Made by a program: the position numbers and the translations under genes. 64,000 nt of DNA from Ascidiella aspersa. Lineage: Eukaryota. Below, piece by piece: positions 34,601-45,407 of this stretch (within the stretch, counting starts at the first letter, position 1; the number at the start of each line of letters is the position of its first letter). The stretch covers positions 7,316,001 to 7,380,000 of the forward strand of contig OZ004615.1 in the NCBI GenBank assembly GCA_963924565.1, read 5' to 3'. The notes beneath the pieces are model-generated. The model was not told the origin of the DNA. It did no database searches and saw only the letters and a program-made list of their open reading frames with translations.

Positions 34601-37600
34601 CCTATTCGAAGCGTTGAAATGCTAACGACGGATCGACGGCCTTTAATCGTCGGCCACATGAAACCAGCGTCCGCTTCCGAGCTCTCGATGACGCGTCGAA
34701 ATCGTGTGACGTCATAGCTCGGTGACGACCGGTGTCGCGACCGTGCCCCGGTAATGCCTGTGACCTACATCGGGCCAAAATGCCGGACAACCTTGTTTAC
34801 GCGTAAAGGCTGAATTGTTTGAGGTCTCGTCTCAGTGATGTTTTAGTTCGGCAACAGGTGCGCTATTTCTCCTGTTTTTAATGCTGGGGTTTGGTGCGGT
34901 GGAAAAAAATGCGTGGAAGTTTTCGATGACGTGAAAAAAAAACAGACACGACCTTTTGAAACCCTGCTGAGCTTTACATCGGTTGCGACATTTAAAACAA
35001 CTAAACAAGCTCACCAAAATCATTAAATTTGACTGTAAAAACATTATACAATCCTTTTAGGGGTCCGCGGTAAGAAAAGCTTAAGAACCCATGGTCTAAA
35101 TCAGGGGTGGGCAACGTTCGGCCCGCTTTTCCATTTTTTGTGCGGCCTTTCACCTTCTTCCAGCTATTTTCCCTAAATAAGGCTATAAGTGTGCACCATG
35201 TTGGGACTTTTGCTCTATCAGTTTCCCGTTTGACGTGCGATGTAACCCATAGGCTACACCGCAATGCTAATGTAGTTGAACTCGAATGGGAGCATCTATT
35301 ACAAAACAATCTTCATTCATAAAGTTTAACTGGTGTCGCGTTGTTACGATAAAGAATTGTTTTGCAACAATTACACTTGTCTAGTACGGTCAAGGTATAT
35401 CTGACTTTTGCCACGCATATTAACTGAGATGGTATGTTTAACAGCTGGTTTTGAATTAGGGCTGTTAATTAAATTGTACTCAGCCGACCCGTACGAGAAA
35501 GGTGTCGAAAAAAAGTTATTTCCGAATCCACAAGTAGGTTCTAGACAGCACTGACAAAACTGCCGTAGTTGCAGCCTATTAGCTCATTAGTTTTGCTAGT
35601 AAAAGCTGAAAATATGAATTGATGTTTATTTGATGTGCGGCCCTCCTGTAAGCATTACATTTTCATGTGTTGAAAAAGGTTGCCCACCCCTGGTCTAAAT
35701 AGTGTACAAACTTGCTGTGTGATACAAGAAGGTATCTGGAAAACAATTCGTGTCTTAAATATTGAAAAATGTATACTGTATAACTCTTCTACGCATAGTT
35801 GTTAAGAGGATGACATCACATTCTTGTTTACGCCAAGTAGGTCACGACTTTTGTCGTACTGTCGAAACCGACAGTCTACCACGGGGTTCGTTAAGACCAT
35901 GACGTAATTTGTATTCAATATGGTGTTAAATGGTCGTTAGGTCGTATAGGTTTAGAAAATGTTTGAAAAATTAATTTAGGTGATTTATTACCATAATCGG
36001 TCCGAAAATGCATAGCTTGAACGCTTCGTATGTAATAGATCTCCGACAGGCAATACAGTACAAAAGCGTAAATTTTAGTTCAATTGTTATGCCAGATACG
36101 TGTCACATTTCGAAAACTTTCAATATACTTAAATAATACCGCAAAGTTTTTATTTTACTTTTTTCTAATAGTCATTGCAGCTTTTGCCATTTTTGCTTTT
36201 TAAAAACAAATAGTGTAACAGTTTAACTCTATAAAGAATCGTATACAAACAGTGCTTAAATCAGCCATAAAAATTGGTGCTACATTGACCTGAATATAAA
36301 TTTTAAATGATTATTATTATAGATAAGCTGTTCTCAACCAGTGGGCCATGGAAACTTTTTAGATGGGCCACAGACCAATTTTAAAAAGCTAGATTTATTG
36401 AAGAATTTAGTTTCATTTGTGTCACTATACCTAATTTTACAGGAAAAATGGCTTGGGGAGGAATTGAGTAGGAATGTAAATGAAATGTAAATTTATTGTT
36501 ATAAGCTTCGCTACATTTTGTTCTAAACCTTTTTATAGTTTGTCCATTCGAAAAAATGTTTTGGGCCACAGAATTTATACAACGAAAATGGCCCACGAAA
36601 GAAAAAAGGTTGAGAACCACTGTTATAGATAATGATTATTATTATAGATACAAAAGTTATTAAACTTAACATAGTAGAACACAACGGTGCCCTGACGCTT
36701 ACCTGGTCAGAAGCGCACTTTCGCGTGGTTCCTCGCATATTGCATTCGTGGTTGCTTTCTGAAGATGGACAGGACACGCATTGGATCGCTGAAAACGCAA
36801 CGAACAAAAATTCTACTTTTGGCAAAATTAGAAAAAAAAATGATCCAATTGACTATTAAGTGTTTACCGAAGTGCAGTTGCACTTGGCCAACTTAAGTAA
36901 CTTTTTATATTTTCGGGTTTTAAAAGAACAGGTCTGCTAGTATTTATTCGCATTGATGCAACCCCAAATTGACTTGATTTCTTTAAACCAACACAAGATT
37001 GAAATATCGACAATACGAACAACTTTATTTTCTTACAATAGAACAAGAACCCATGAGGGTAAAATCGCCTTCGGTTGTCCCAAGACTAAAAAATTGATAT
37101 TTTTTTATCCAAACGCTAGATAAACTCACTTAACAAGTGAGGAGCAATTCGAATTGTGCCAGCATTTTTCGCTGTGTGAATCAAACCTGCCTTAAATCGC
37201 CAAGTGTCATATTTTCATATTCAGACAAATAGGGATAAATGTTTAAGCACAATAGATCCCCCTTGACCTCCAAATCGACATTTAAGAGTTAACCATTACA
37301 GTTAAGCGGCGTATTCCCTGATCCACGCATTTAGTTACATCCATAGCTAAAGCGGTGTACTAGATTCCTATAACAGGTTAAATCCATATTGGCCAACGTC
37401 TCGCTCAGAGGCGCTTCGCAACTATATATCATGAGGTAATAATACCCTTAATCGGATCAGAAGACAGCAGTTCAATCCTTGGATTTAGTGTCTCGAAAAT
37501 CGTGGCCGACACGGCCCGAAAACCACATTTGTGTGCAAGGAAAGATACGAATTTGAAAGTTCGCTTGTGAGTAAGCGGGCTCGCCTGCGACCATGTGTAC

Positions 37601-39144
37601 ACACCAAGCTGTGATGGGTGAAAAGGTTCATTCTTTATCGATTGCTTAATGTAAACGCCTTGAGATGCCGACCCGGCAATTTTCCGGCTCGCACCGATAT
37701 AATTGTTTGGCTGACACTTCTATACGAAACGGAACTGTTCTATACACGATTTACCAAAACTATGTAGTTTGTTGTTGCATCGGTCAAAAGCTTCCTGCAC
37801 GGCTATATTGACTATTTAAATCAGCCAAACGTGGATTGTTTTACGGACTCAAGAAACTGTTGTGGTTTTGACGATGTGGATGAAAACCATTTAAATTACA
37901 CAGCCTGAACTTCCCAAATAAACTGGTTTCCGTTTATTATTAACCATATAAATTTTTCCTTTATCATTAGTTCAAAACTTTGAAAGTTCTTTATCGCCAG
38001 AGTGAATGTACTGCAAAACAGGTATAATTCGCGCTTAAAAAGCGTCAGAATGCTGCAGTGACGTGCTGTGTTTTTTGTCAGGCTGCAACCGTCGGCAGAG
38101 CTTATCGGCAACGAAATCCCGCGCCACGTGTTAAGAAACCGAACTGACAACTGCTGTGCCCTTCAAACAAACACACGTTGGCTAGGTGCCCTTCACTGTG
38201 ACTCACAACTTGACCTTAAAGCAGCAACCCGCTTCCTAAACTTCGGCTTATATAGACAAAAGCGTCCGACAGAGAGCCCTTACCAAGGGGAATTACCGTC
38301 GTATCTGATTCCGCGACGAATTCCGCGCGCTTTTTGTTTTTTTTTAGTTGCAAGAGATGCCCGCGCTGTTCTTTCTCAATGAAGTGGATCCGACTAGTTT
38401 GCGGTTGCAGCGATTGTTTCGTGGAAACCAATTGGATCGCAAACGTGCTTTTTTACCTGACATGTTTGTTTTTGTATGCCGAGTAAGCTTATCTCGACCT
38501 AGAAAAACCGCTATTTCCAGTATGTTGAAAACAAAAATTAATGAGCTGCTACCTAATCAAAACACGTGTTCAACAATTATAAGAAAACGATGTACTCGAC
38601 TAACACTCTTTACTGGACATAAAACAACAAATCCATTTTGATTTTGAATGCGTATTAATCCACTGGTCTGCAGCAATTTGACCTACGGCTTAATTGGTGG
38701 CAAAAAAGATCATAAACCTGGCTGAAACCTACAAATAACATCAGCGATTAAATACATAAGGTAAAGTTTTAAATAAGCTCTAAAATTTAAAGCCTACACT
38801 ACCGTCTAATTGATTATTCAACATGATTACAATTTGTAGTCCCATTGAAGCCTAATTAATATATTTCTGTACATCGCAAGAGTTCACTAACACAAATATA
38901 CAGCATCGCCAGATCTCTGTACAATAAATCTGAACAAAGTACAAAAACTTTGGAAAAATGCCACAACAAGAAAAAAAACTATATGTATTCGAAATGTGAT
39001 AAAAGGCATTTTTGACATTGTAAAATACCAACCGTTTGTGCTGGTGAAGAAAAGCAAAATCGCAAATCCGCCGCAGACTAAGCGCCTTTGAAGAAATTCC
39101 CGCGCAGCAGTTGGCTTGAAGTGTCGAAATTTTCCCAAATCCAT
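22364..39144 (-). CDS. Secreted protein with two Ly6/uPAR (three-finger, LYPD6-like) domains alternating with two somatomedin-B domains; about 487 aa
   Basis: Exons 39033-39144 (signal peptide), 36703-36788 + 29081-29312 (LU1), 28215-28388 (SMB1), 26178-26353 + 25343-25532 (linker + LU2), 23647-23811 (SMB2), 22364-22692 (tail). Phases 1,0,1,1,0,1,1 are all compatible. LU domains start C-x2-C and end CC-x4-CN. SMB domains show C-x-C-D-x2-C-x4-D-CC-x-D-x4-C. Confidence 0.8.
23219..23527. mobile_element. Non-autonomous hAT MITE inserted in a GACTT-rich element
   Basis: Right TIR AGGTTGAGAAACGCTG, decayed left TIR; perfect TSD GTCTACGG. Confidence 0.8.
23647..23811 (-). CDS. LU-SMB protein exon 7 (SMB2)
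   Basis: ASCLTTYPGFPQC...ACRCDSDCVKQKDCCDDHIQLCK; TGTTCAG|...G|GTAAG. Confidence 0.87.
25343..25532 (-). CDS. LU-SMB protein exon 6 (LU2 C-half)
   Basis: RSCLTRVV...LITKRC...CYSCCDVDYCN; TTCTTGCAG|...A|GTGAG. Confidence 0.87.
26178..26353 (-). CDS. LU-SMB protein exon 5 (basic linker + LU2 N-half)
   Basis: ...RHKKTRKGGDMPLLRCFTCENASSNEQCNEVGRIVECHPNQ; donor CAG|GTGAA. Confidence 0.87.
28215..28388 (-). CDS. LU-SMB protein exon 4 (SMB1)
   Basis: GSCTHFFPGC...GCHCDKDCVEKEDCCFDFHDVCV; acceptor either 28388 or in-frame 28373; donor G|GTACG. Confidence 0.87.
29081..29312 (-). CDS. LU-SMB protein exon 3 (LU1 C-half)
   Basis: DVCFTEVR...IRKGC...CNHCCSYDHCN; CCCCCAG|...G|GTGAG; GC-rich coding composition. 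Confidence 0.9.
33888..34194. mobile_element. Non-autonomous hAT MITE
   Basis: TAGTGGTTCTCAA...TTAAGAAACACTG; flanking TTTAGTA direct repeat; GGGTGCCGC subterminal repeats. Confidence 0.8.
35102..35692. mobile_element. Non-autonomous hAT MITE
   Basis: TIR CAGGGGTGGGCAAC...GTTGCCCACCCCTG; perfect TSD GTCTAAAT. Confidence 0.92.
36325..36622. mobile_element. Non-autonomous hAT MITE
   Basis: AAGCTGTTCTCAACC...GGTTGAGAACCACTG; perfect TSD TTATAGAT. Confidence 0.85.
36703..36788 (-). CDS. LU-SMB protein exon 2 (LU1 N-half)
   Basis: IQCVSCPSSESNHECNMRGTTRKCASDQ; TTTTCAG|...CAG|GTAAG. Confidence 0.85.
39033..39144 (-). CDS. LU-SMB protein exon 1 (signal peptide)
   Basis: MDLGKF...RRLVCGGFAILLFFTSTN; donor G|GTTGG joins in phase 1 to give TNA/IQC, a plausible cleavage site. 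Confidence 0.65.
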
Positions 39145-40110
39145 TGATAAATAGGCTTTGTGGCTATTACGCGAACAGGGCTACAAAATTTTACTAAGGA
39201 TTCTAAAGAAACACACAACAACCGTCTAAATTAGTAATCTTGACCTTATGGAAATCGTAGTAAAAGCATGCAATTAAAAGCTTATTACTCATGAAAATAT
39301 CTCCCTAATTAATTAAATTGAATTTGCATAACAAAACCATAAACACGTATTGATGTGTTGGATAAAGAACACTGCATACATAAAGACAATTCCCTTATCT
39401 CAATTCCTAAACGAGAATAAGTTTCACATGTTAATTTTTGAAATCTCGAAACTGCATAAACGTGATTCGCTAATGTTACAAAAAAAAATCTTTTCAACTC
39501 ATTTGAAGTTTACCTAACAGCAAGGTACTCTAACGTGATTCTTGAGCCTAATTTCACAATCCATTTTGCGGCACACAGAGATACCTACATAAACAGTTCT
39601 TGTGACGTAACAGTCTCGTTTGTTTACGCCAACAGACGACGATGCGGCGCTCTTGCTTTTTGCTAAATGCCACTGCTCCTTGACTGCCTACCTACGGTGT
39701 AGGACCAGGTGTTTGGTGTGGAGTGTAAACATAAGAAGAATCGAGAGCAGATAGACCTGACGAATAACGCGAAACCTTTTAACGTGACCAAAAATCGCAA
39801 ACTTTGTTCCACCCTTTAGTAAATCCAAATCTTCATCTTCAGCGGTTAAACAATACATTTTGAGTTCAATTTTGATCCGGTGACCGTTGAAAGAACTTTA
39901 GCCTAGATACCGCTCTTTTGGATTAACACTGCTACAATATACCCGTTCAAATATATTCGCCTTGTATTGCACCTAATTATTAAGTGGTACCGAACAGAGA
40001 TTCAACAAATATATAAAAATGGACGAATGTTCCTAAAGCGACCACAGCCGTTCACCAGGACTTATCACTTCTGCTAATCAAGCCGGAAGATTTTAACAAT
40101 TAGAAAAAAC

Positions 40111-40303
40111 GGGCGCTGGCTGCCACAGCGTTGAAACAATTAGCAAAGCAACGCACCATATTTGGGTTAGGGTGTCGGTTAAAGTTGTAGGGTGGGTCAG
40201 GAATTAATATTTAACAATAGTGCGTAACTTACCCAAACCCAAACGCTAACCCGCACCCTAACCCAAATAATGTGCGTTGTGGTAGGATTTTAGACCAGCG
40301 CCG
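40111..40303. repeat. Fold-back (long imperfect inverted repeat) element with GGGTTAGGG motif
   Basis: GGCGCTGG...CCAGCGCC outer arms; CAACGCAC..TATTTGGGTTAGGGTG / CACCCTAACCCAAATA..GTGCGTTG inner arms. Confidence 0.8.
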
Positions 40304-40474
40304 AAAAACTAAATTATGTTTAGTACAAACATTTCTTGGAATGAGTACTGGTTAACACCACACCATACGGAATCGACTGCTTTAAAGCTTCCAAGATCAG
40401 TCGACAAACGTTGAAATCCTTTAAACGCACGTTCATACACATGAAATCTGCGGCAACTGCTGCCTCCTGCTCAC

Positions 40475-40715
40475 CGATGTGCTAACTGCTTGCTCCACTC
40501 AGGAGGACAACATCTCGCCGTCTGCCAGCCTTTACGGGGAAAGCCGCCTACTTCGCCGCAGCCGGTCTAGAAAGCCGCCTCCGCTTACTGGAAAGAGCGA
40601 TTTTTTTTCTCGCTGTCGCCGGCCAAAACCGGTCGCGCCACTTTTTTCTGCTTCTTTCGCTCCCGGTCGCGAAATTGCGCTTTTCTGGCCCAAAACCTCG
40701 GCCCGGTGTTGTTAA
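40475..40715 (-). promoter_or_regulatory. Candidate GC-rich promoter and non-coding first exon of the LU-SMB gene
   Basis: CpG-dense island 1.3 kb upstream of the ATG exon; minus-strand donor CG|GTGAGC at ~40475; AG acceptor just upstream of the ATG (~39156). Confidence 0.4.
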
Positions 40716-43700
40716 ATGGTCGGGTTGCTTTGTGGAGCAGTGGTTCTCAAACTTTTTCAGATTGCGGTTGATTGAAATTATATACAATAGATTGAGGCAC
40801 ACTTTATACAAAACGAAGCCACTTTCTTGACAATCACCTTTAGTGCACGATAGGGCCGCAGATAAGTTGGATGATACTATTTTTTTATATTATGTATATT
40901 GTGAATTACAGACTCGCACGCTTACATATTAGCCTGATTGTAATACCAACTAGTTTTCCGTATTTCCTAAATTTTCAGCGAAATACTTAAATATCTTCAG
41001 AGGCACGCTGTTTAAAAAGGAAAGCTGTACATTACATGTGCGCTTATTGTTATCTTTGCCGAATAGGTGACCGAGTTTTTCGTACCTCCCAAGTCCGAAG
41101 TTTAAAAGGGCGTTTCTCAAACGCTTTGCATCCCTCGACCAGTTTTTACCAGACCGAATCGCAGAAAAGCGGTCGCGCAAAGATGTAATCCGTATGTAGG
41201 ACCTCGAGAACTTTATACAAACCAATCTCCGCTTACAACTTTGACATATATCCACCGCTTGTGACTTTGAATCCTCTAACTGAAAAAATCAACCCCTTTG
41301 ATCGGTAACAACTCTGCTACTTATTATAACCCCTATATACCTTTTCGTGCAATTCTAACATTTTCCTTCGGTCATGGATACAACCCAAGTGCGGTACTAG
41401 AAAAACGTGTGACTGATAAGAAAACCATGAGAATCAACAGAACCGCTCAGATTTTTATCACGCGACCACCGCGCCATTCAAAATGATGAAATCAACACCA
41501 CACTTATCACGCCTAAGCCACCATAAGTACAGCCCTTCGACGAGTGAGCATAATTAGTTTCCTCGCGTACAAAGTGATTATCTGGCGCGATGGTGGCATT
41601 TCGCAACCTCTTATCCAACTTGTAATAACCAAGCAAAGCCAATTCATTTCCCATTAAAATTGTCAATACACATCCAGCAATTTGCCGGCAATAAGCGCCT
41701 TCGGCCCATCAATCAGATGCGGAGTACTGAATTTCATTACACATTGGTAGTACATTACGGCGCACACAATTTCTGCCAGCAAGGCTGGGATGTTCTTGAA
41801 TTACTTTTTTTGTTAGAAACACACCAAGTTATGATCTATAGGCCTACATTTGGAGCCCTTCGAATATTTACATGCACTTATATGGCAAACAAAATAATCC
41901 GGGATGCAAGTACTGTTGTTAAATTTTCTATTTTTCTGCATTTGTTTTTTGACACAATCACTGTTAAAAATAACTGACCAACTCAGCTTTTGCGAAACGG
42001 TTACTTCTGCTATGGATTTAAAAGTCTATGTCGGTACGCACATAGTTACACTTTTTAAAAAGTTCTTTACTCTGCAACTATAGGTTTTGATTAAAATCTA
42101 ATCTGGTTAACAACCTATTTCTATACGTGTGGCAGTCAGTCAACGTGTGTAGGCTTCATCATGACATTTCTGAATGCCACGATCGCGCATCGAAATGCCA
42201 ATCAAAAGCGTCCGGTTCCTTAACGACTTGCACAAGCAAAAAAACGTTAAGCTATTTTTGGTGCGCTTATATAAAGGCGTGCGTCTGGACGTCGGAGTTT
42301 AAAACCGCTGCGACTTAAAATTACGCGAAAATGGAATTTCCCAATACTCATTGGCAAGTCTCTACAACAGACCACAAAACAGGCGATTCTAACAATTCTA
42401 ATAGGATTATTTTTGTTCATGAACACCAAAAATAATTACCATGAAAGCCGATGTTGTAAACAAGTCATTTTGAAATGAATTAAGTCCCAGACAAACCATT
42501 TACATAGCAACTTAAGTTAAATTCAAGTGATTTGCGATGGCAAGTCAAGTTCCAGCCCAAACCAGGTCATTTGCATCACAACATAATGTTAATAATGAAA
42601 ATGGGTAAAGTTATCCAAACCTTAGCAGTATTTAAATCGGCAAACAACAAAAACGTTCATAAATCGTGTATACTGTTTTACTAGCAGAAACTGGAGTAAA
42701 TATATGCGAATTCTACCATAAAATATTTGATTAAAATAATTCCATGCAAAGTCCTTTACAAACCGCGTGACTTAAGATTTAATTGATTTACGACTTTTAA
42801 GAGATTACAATACTGACGAACACTTTGTACAGCTTGGTTTGCTTTTAAATGGATATTTGGGCTTCGGTTATGTTAACTGGCTGAGATAGCAAAAACCCAC
42901 TTTAATAGAAAGCTATAGGTTTTGGAACATCTAAACTAGCTCTGCTGTACACTACACATTAAAGTCTACAGGCCTGACTTTTTGTACTAGCAAAATTTCA
43001 GTTCGAGGTACTATCGCAATTTTAACGTCGCCGATATTAGGACTATATGCATTGAGTAAACAAAATTTGCCATGTCACTATTTTTCGTGCAGCCGGTTTA
43101 TGTCATCAGTCTAATTCGGAAATCAATGCGTAATGGCTGTAACCCCTAAAGGACCTGGTCATATTTGGTGGTGTTATCACATGCGTTATTCAATTACATA
43201 AACAGATTCGTCGAACCGTCTGTCTTTCACTCATCCGAAATTACCGCAAATTTATAGCGAAATGACCCAATGAAAAAATACTGCGAGGGCTGTGCTGAAA
43301 ACACTAAGTAGATACAATGCAGAGCACTTACACACTAAAGCAGTAGTTCTCAAACTTTTTCACCTATACGTACCCCTTATGGTTCCTTAAAATAAAAGCG
43401 GGCCTTTTTCATGTTTAAAACCTCCAATTCGAAATATTGTACAACAATTACTCTAACACTCAGTTCGGGACTCATACTAACTCCGCTTACGGTAAGTGTA
43501 CACAAACAAACCGCCAAACATTATTATATTTCGATTCAGAAAATATTCTCCCAAAAAATATAGACCTGTAAAATAATTATGTTATGTGGACCCCTTCAAA
43601 CTTCCTCACGCAATGTTGGCGACTCGTTTGGAATAACTGTTAGGCCTACTATTTACCAATTATAACTGCAAACTTCATTAAAAAAGATGTATTTAAATTA

Positions 43701-44350
43701 CGCTCATAAACCCAATAAACATAAAACAAGATGCGTTATGAGTAAAGTCTCACGTTTGCTTCGCACGTTTTTTTGCCGCCTCTCTGCTTTATTATTTGGT
43801 GGTTCGCGCGAATTTTACAATTTCGTTAAAACGCGAAGAAATTATTTTGCATGATTGTTCGAACGGCGCTTCAAAATGTCAATCGTCGGATGTGCGTTTA
43901 AACTTCTTGAAACATCCGTCAAAGTTCTGCGAAGGACGTTCAAAAAATGTATATCATGGCAGTTACCCTTTGCTTTATTACGTGAGATATTGTTATAGGG
44001 CCTACACTACGCGTATAGTTGTCATTTTTTTGTACATCTGCTATATATGCAAAAAAATCTGATCCAAGCTATCCTTCACTGCAATTAAACAATCATTTTT
44101 GTATTTTACACGACTAAAAAAATCCCGGCTCTTTCGTTTTTTAGCCAAGTTGTGTGACAAGTTTATAAGCTATCGTCAATCGTTGTTTCTAAGCAGCAGA
44201 TCTAGCGATAAGAGTCACAAACCTGTGCGTGACACGCCTTAACCAAGATTACAAAAGCAGCGAAGGCACGTAAAAAAGAGAAATTTAGCTTATTTCGACG
44301 CGGTAATGCAAACTGGCCGATTGTATTCCGCGCTGATAGACATTAACTTG

Positions 44351-44743
44351 CAGTGTTGTAATGAATTAAGCCACTGTTTCAAAATGACTTTTGGGCAAAA
44401 TTACTTGACTTTATTTTGTTAAGCTTTTTTTTAATGTTTTTTGTCTTAATCTTTGCACACAAAAAATTTATTTGTTATACGTTTCGTTTATGTTATCTTT
44501 TTCTTGAGTTATTGCTTATAATCGGACGAGTTTACCAGCTAACGTGTTATTTTTATGACGACGACTTGACTTGAATTTTACTTCCTCTATTTATGACTTG
44601 ACTGGGATATTTTGAGCAACCGATAAATTTTGTCATTTATTCGACCAGAATTGACTTGGACTTTTGACAAAGAATTTGACTTAGGTATTTTTACAAATGA
44701 CTTGACTGAGACTTTATTTTAAAATGACTTGTTTACAACACTG
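44351..44743. mobile_element. GACTT-repeat MITE family with CAGTGTTGTAA termini
   Basis: CAGTGTTGTAA...TTACAACACTG with many GACTTGACT units. Related copies at ~3385-3510, ~19555-19921, ~22920-23618 and ~42450-42815 (inverted). Confidence 0.7.
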
Positions 44744-44953
44744 TTTCCCCTTTACTTAGCGTGCATTTTCGAAAAACTGCAACATTTGCGATGTGCTTTG
44801 TTTTGCGTGGGCGCTTAACCTTCGCCTGCGCGCGCGCGCCGTCAAAATTCCCAAGTTCTGCGAACAGGTCGAAGCGCGTAGGCCGTGGATACGTGTCATG
44901 CTGACTTGGGCGTAATATACACGGCTGCATGGCCGGCCGCTTAGCCTTTAAGC

Positions 44954-45407
44954 CAGGGGTTCCAAACCTGTGGTACGCGTACCACTAGTGGTACGCGAAG
45001 GATTTTCAGGTGGTACGCGAGTAGCTTCCTTTTTTAACAAAAAACAGCATGCACAACTTTATATTTCGTTTATCTGATTTTGTTTACAAAAAAATCTCCC
45101 GGAGCCTATTCATTGTTACGTAACTATCCCTGTTGATTCGTATTATTACTATCTTCAAAATACAGGTCATGTCAATTATCGACAAGAAACACATTTGCTT
45201 TGATAAATCGTACAACGCTGTGGGACAGTGGGCCTTAGTTACGTCAAATGATTGCTCTTGATAGATATCATCTACTTATTTCTACATAATGCTAGTTGTA
45301 ACATAAAAATATGCTTCGATCAAATTAGTTGTTCTGCAAGAAGTGGTACGCGTGGCAGTACAGAGCGTCCAAGTGGTACGAGATCGTAAAAAGGTTGGGA
45401 ACCCCTG
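44954..45407. mobile_element. Non-autonomous hAT (Charlie/Buster-type) MITE
   Basis: TIR CAGGGGTTCCAAACCT...AGGTTGGGAACCCCTG; perfect 8-bp TSD CTTTAAGC; subterminal GTGGTACG repeats. Confidence 0.92.
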
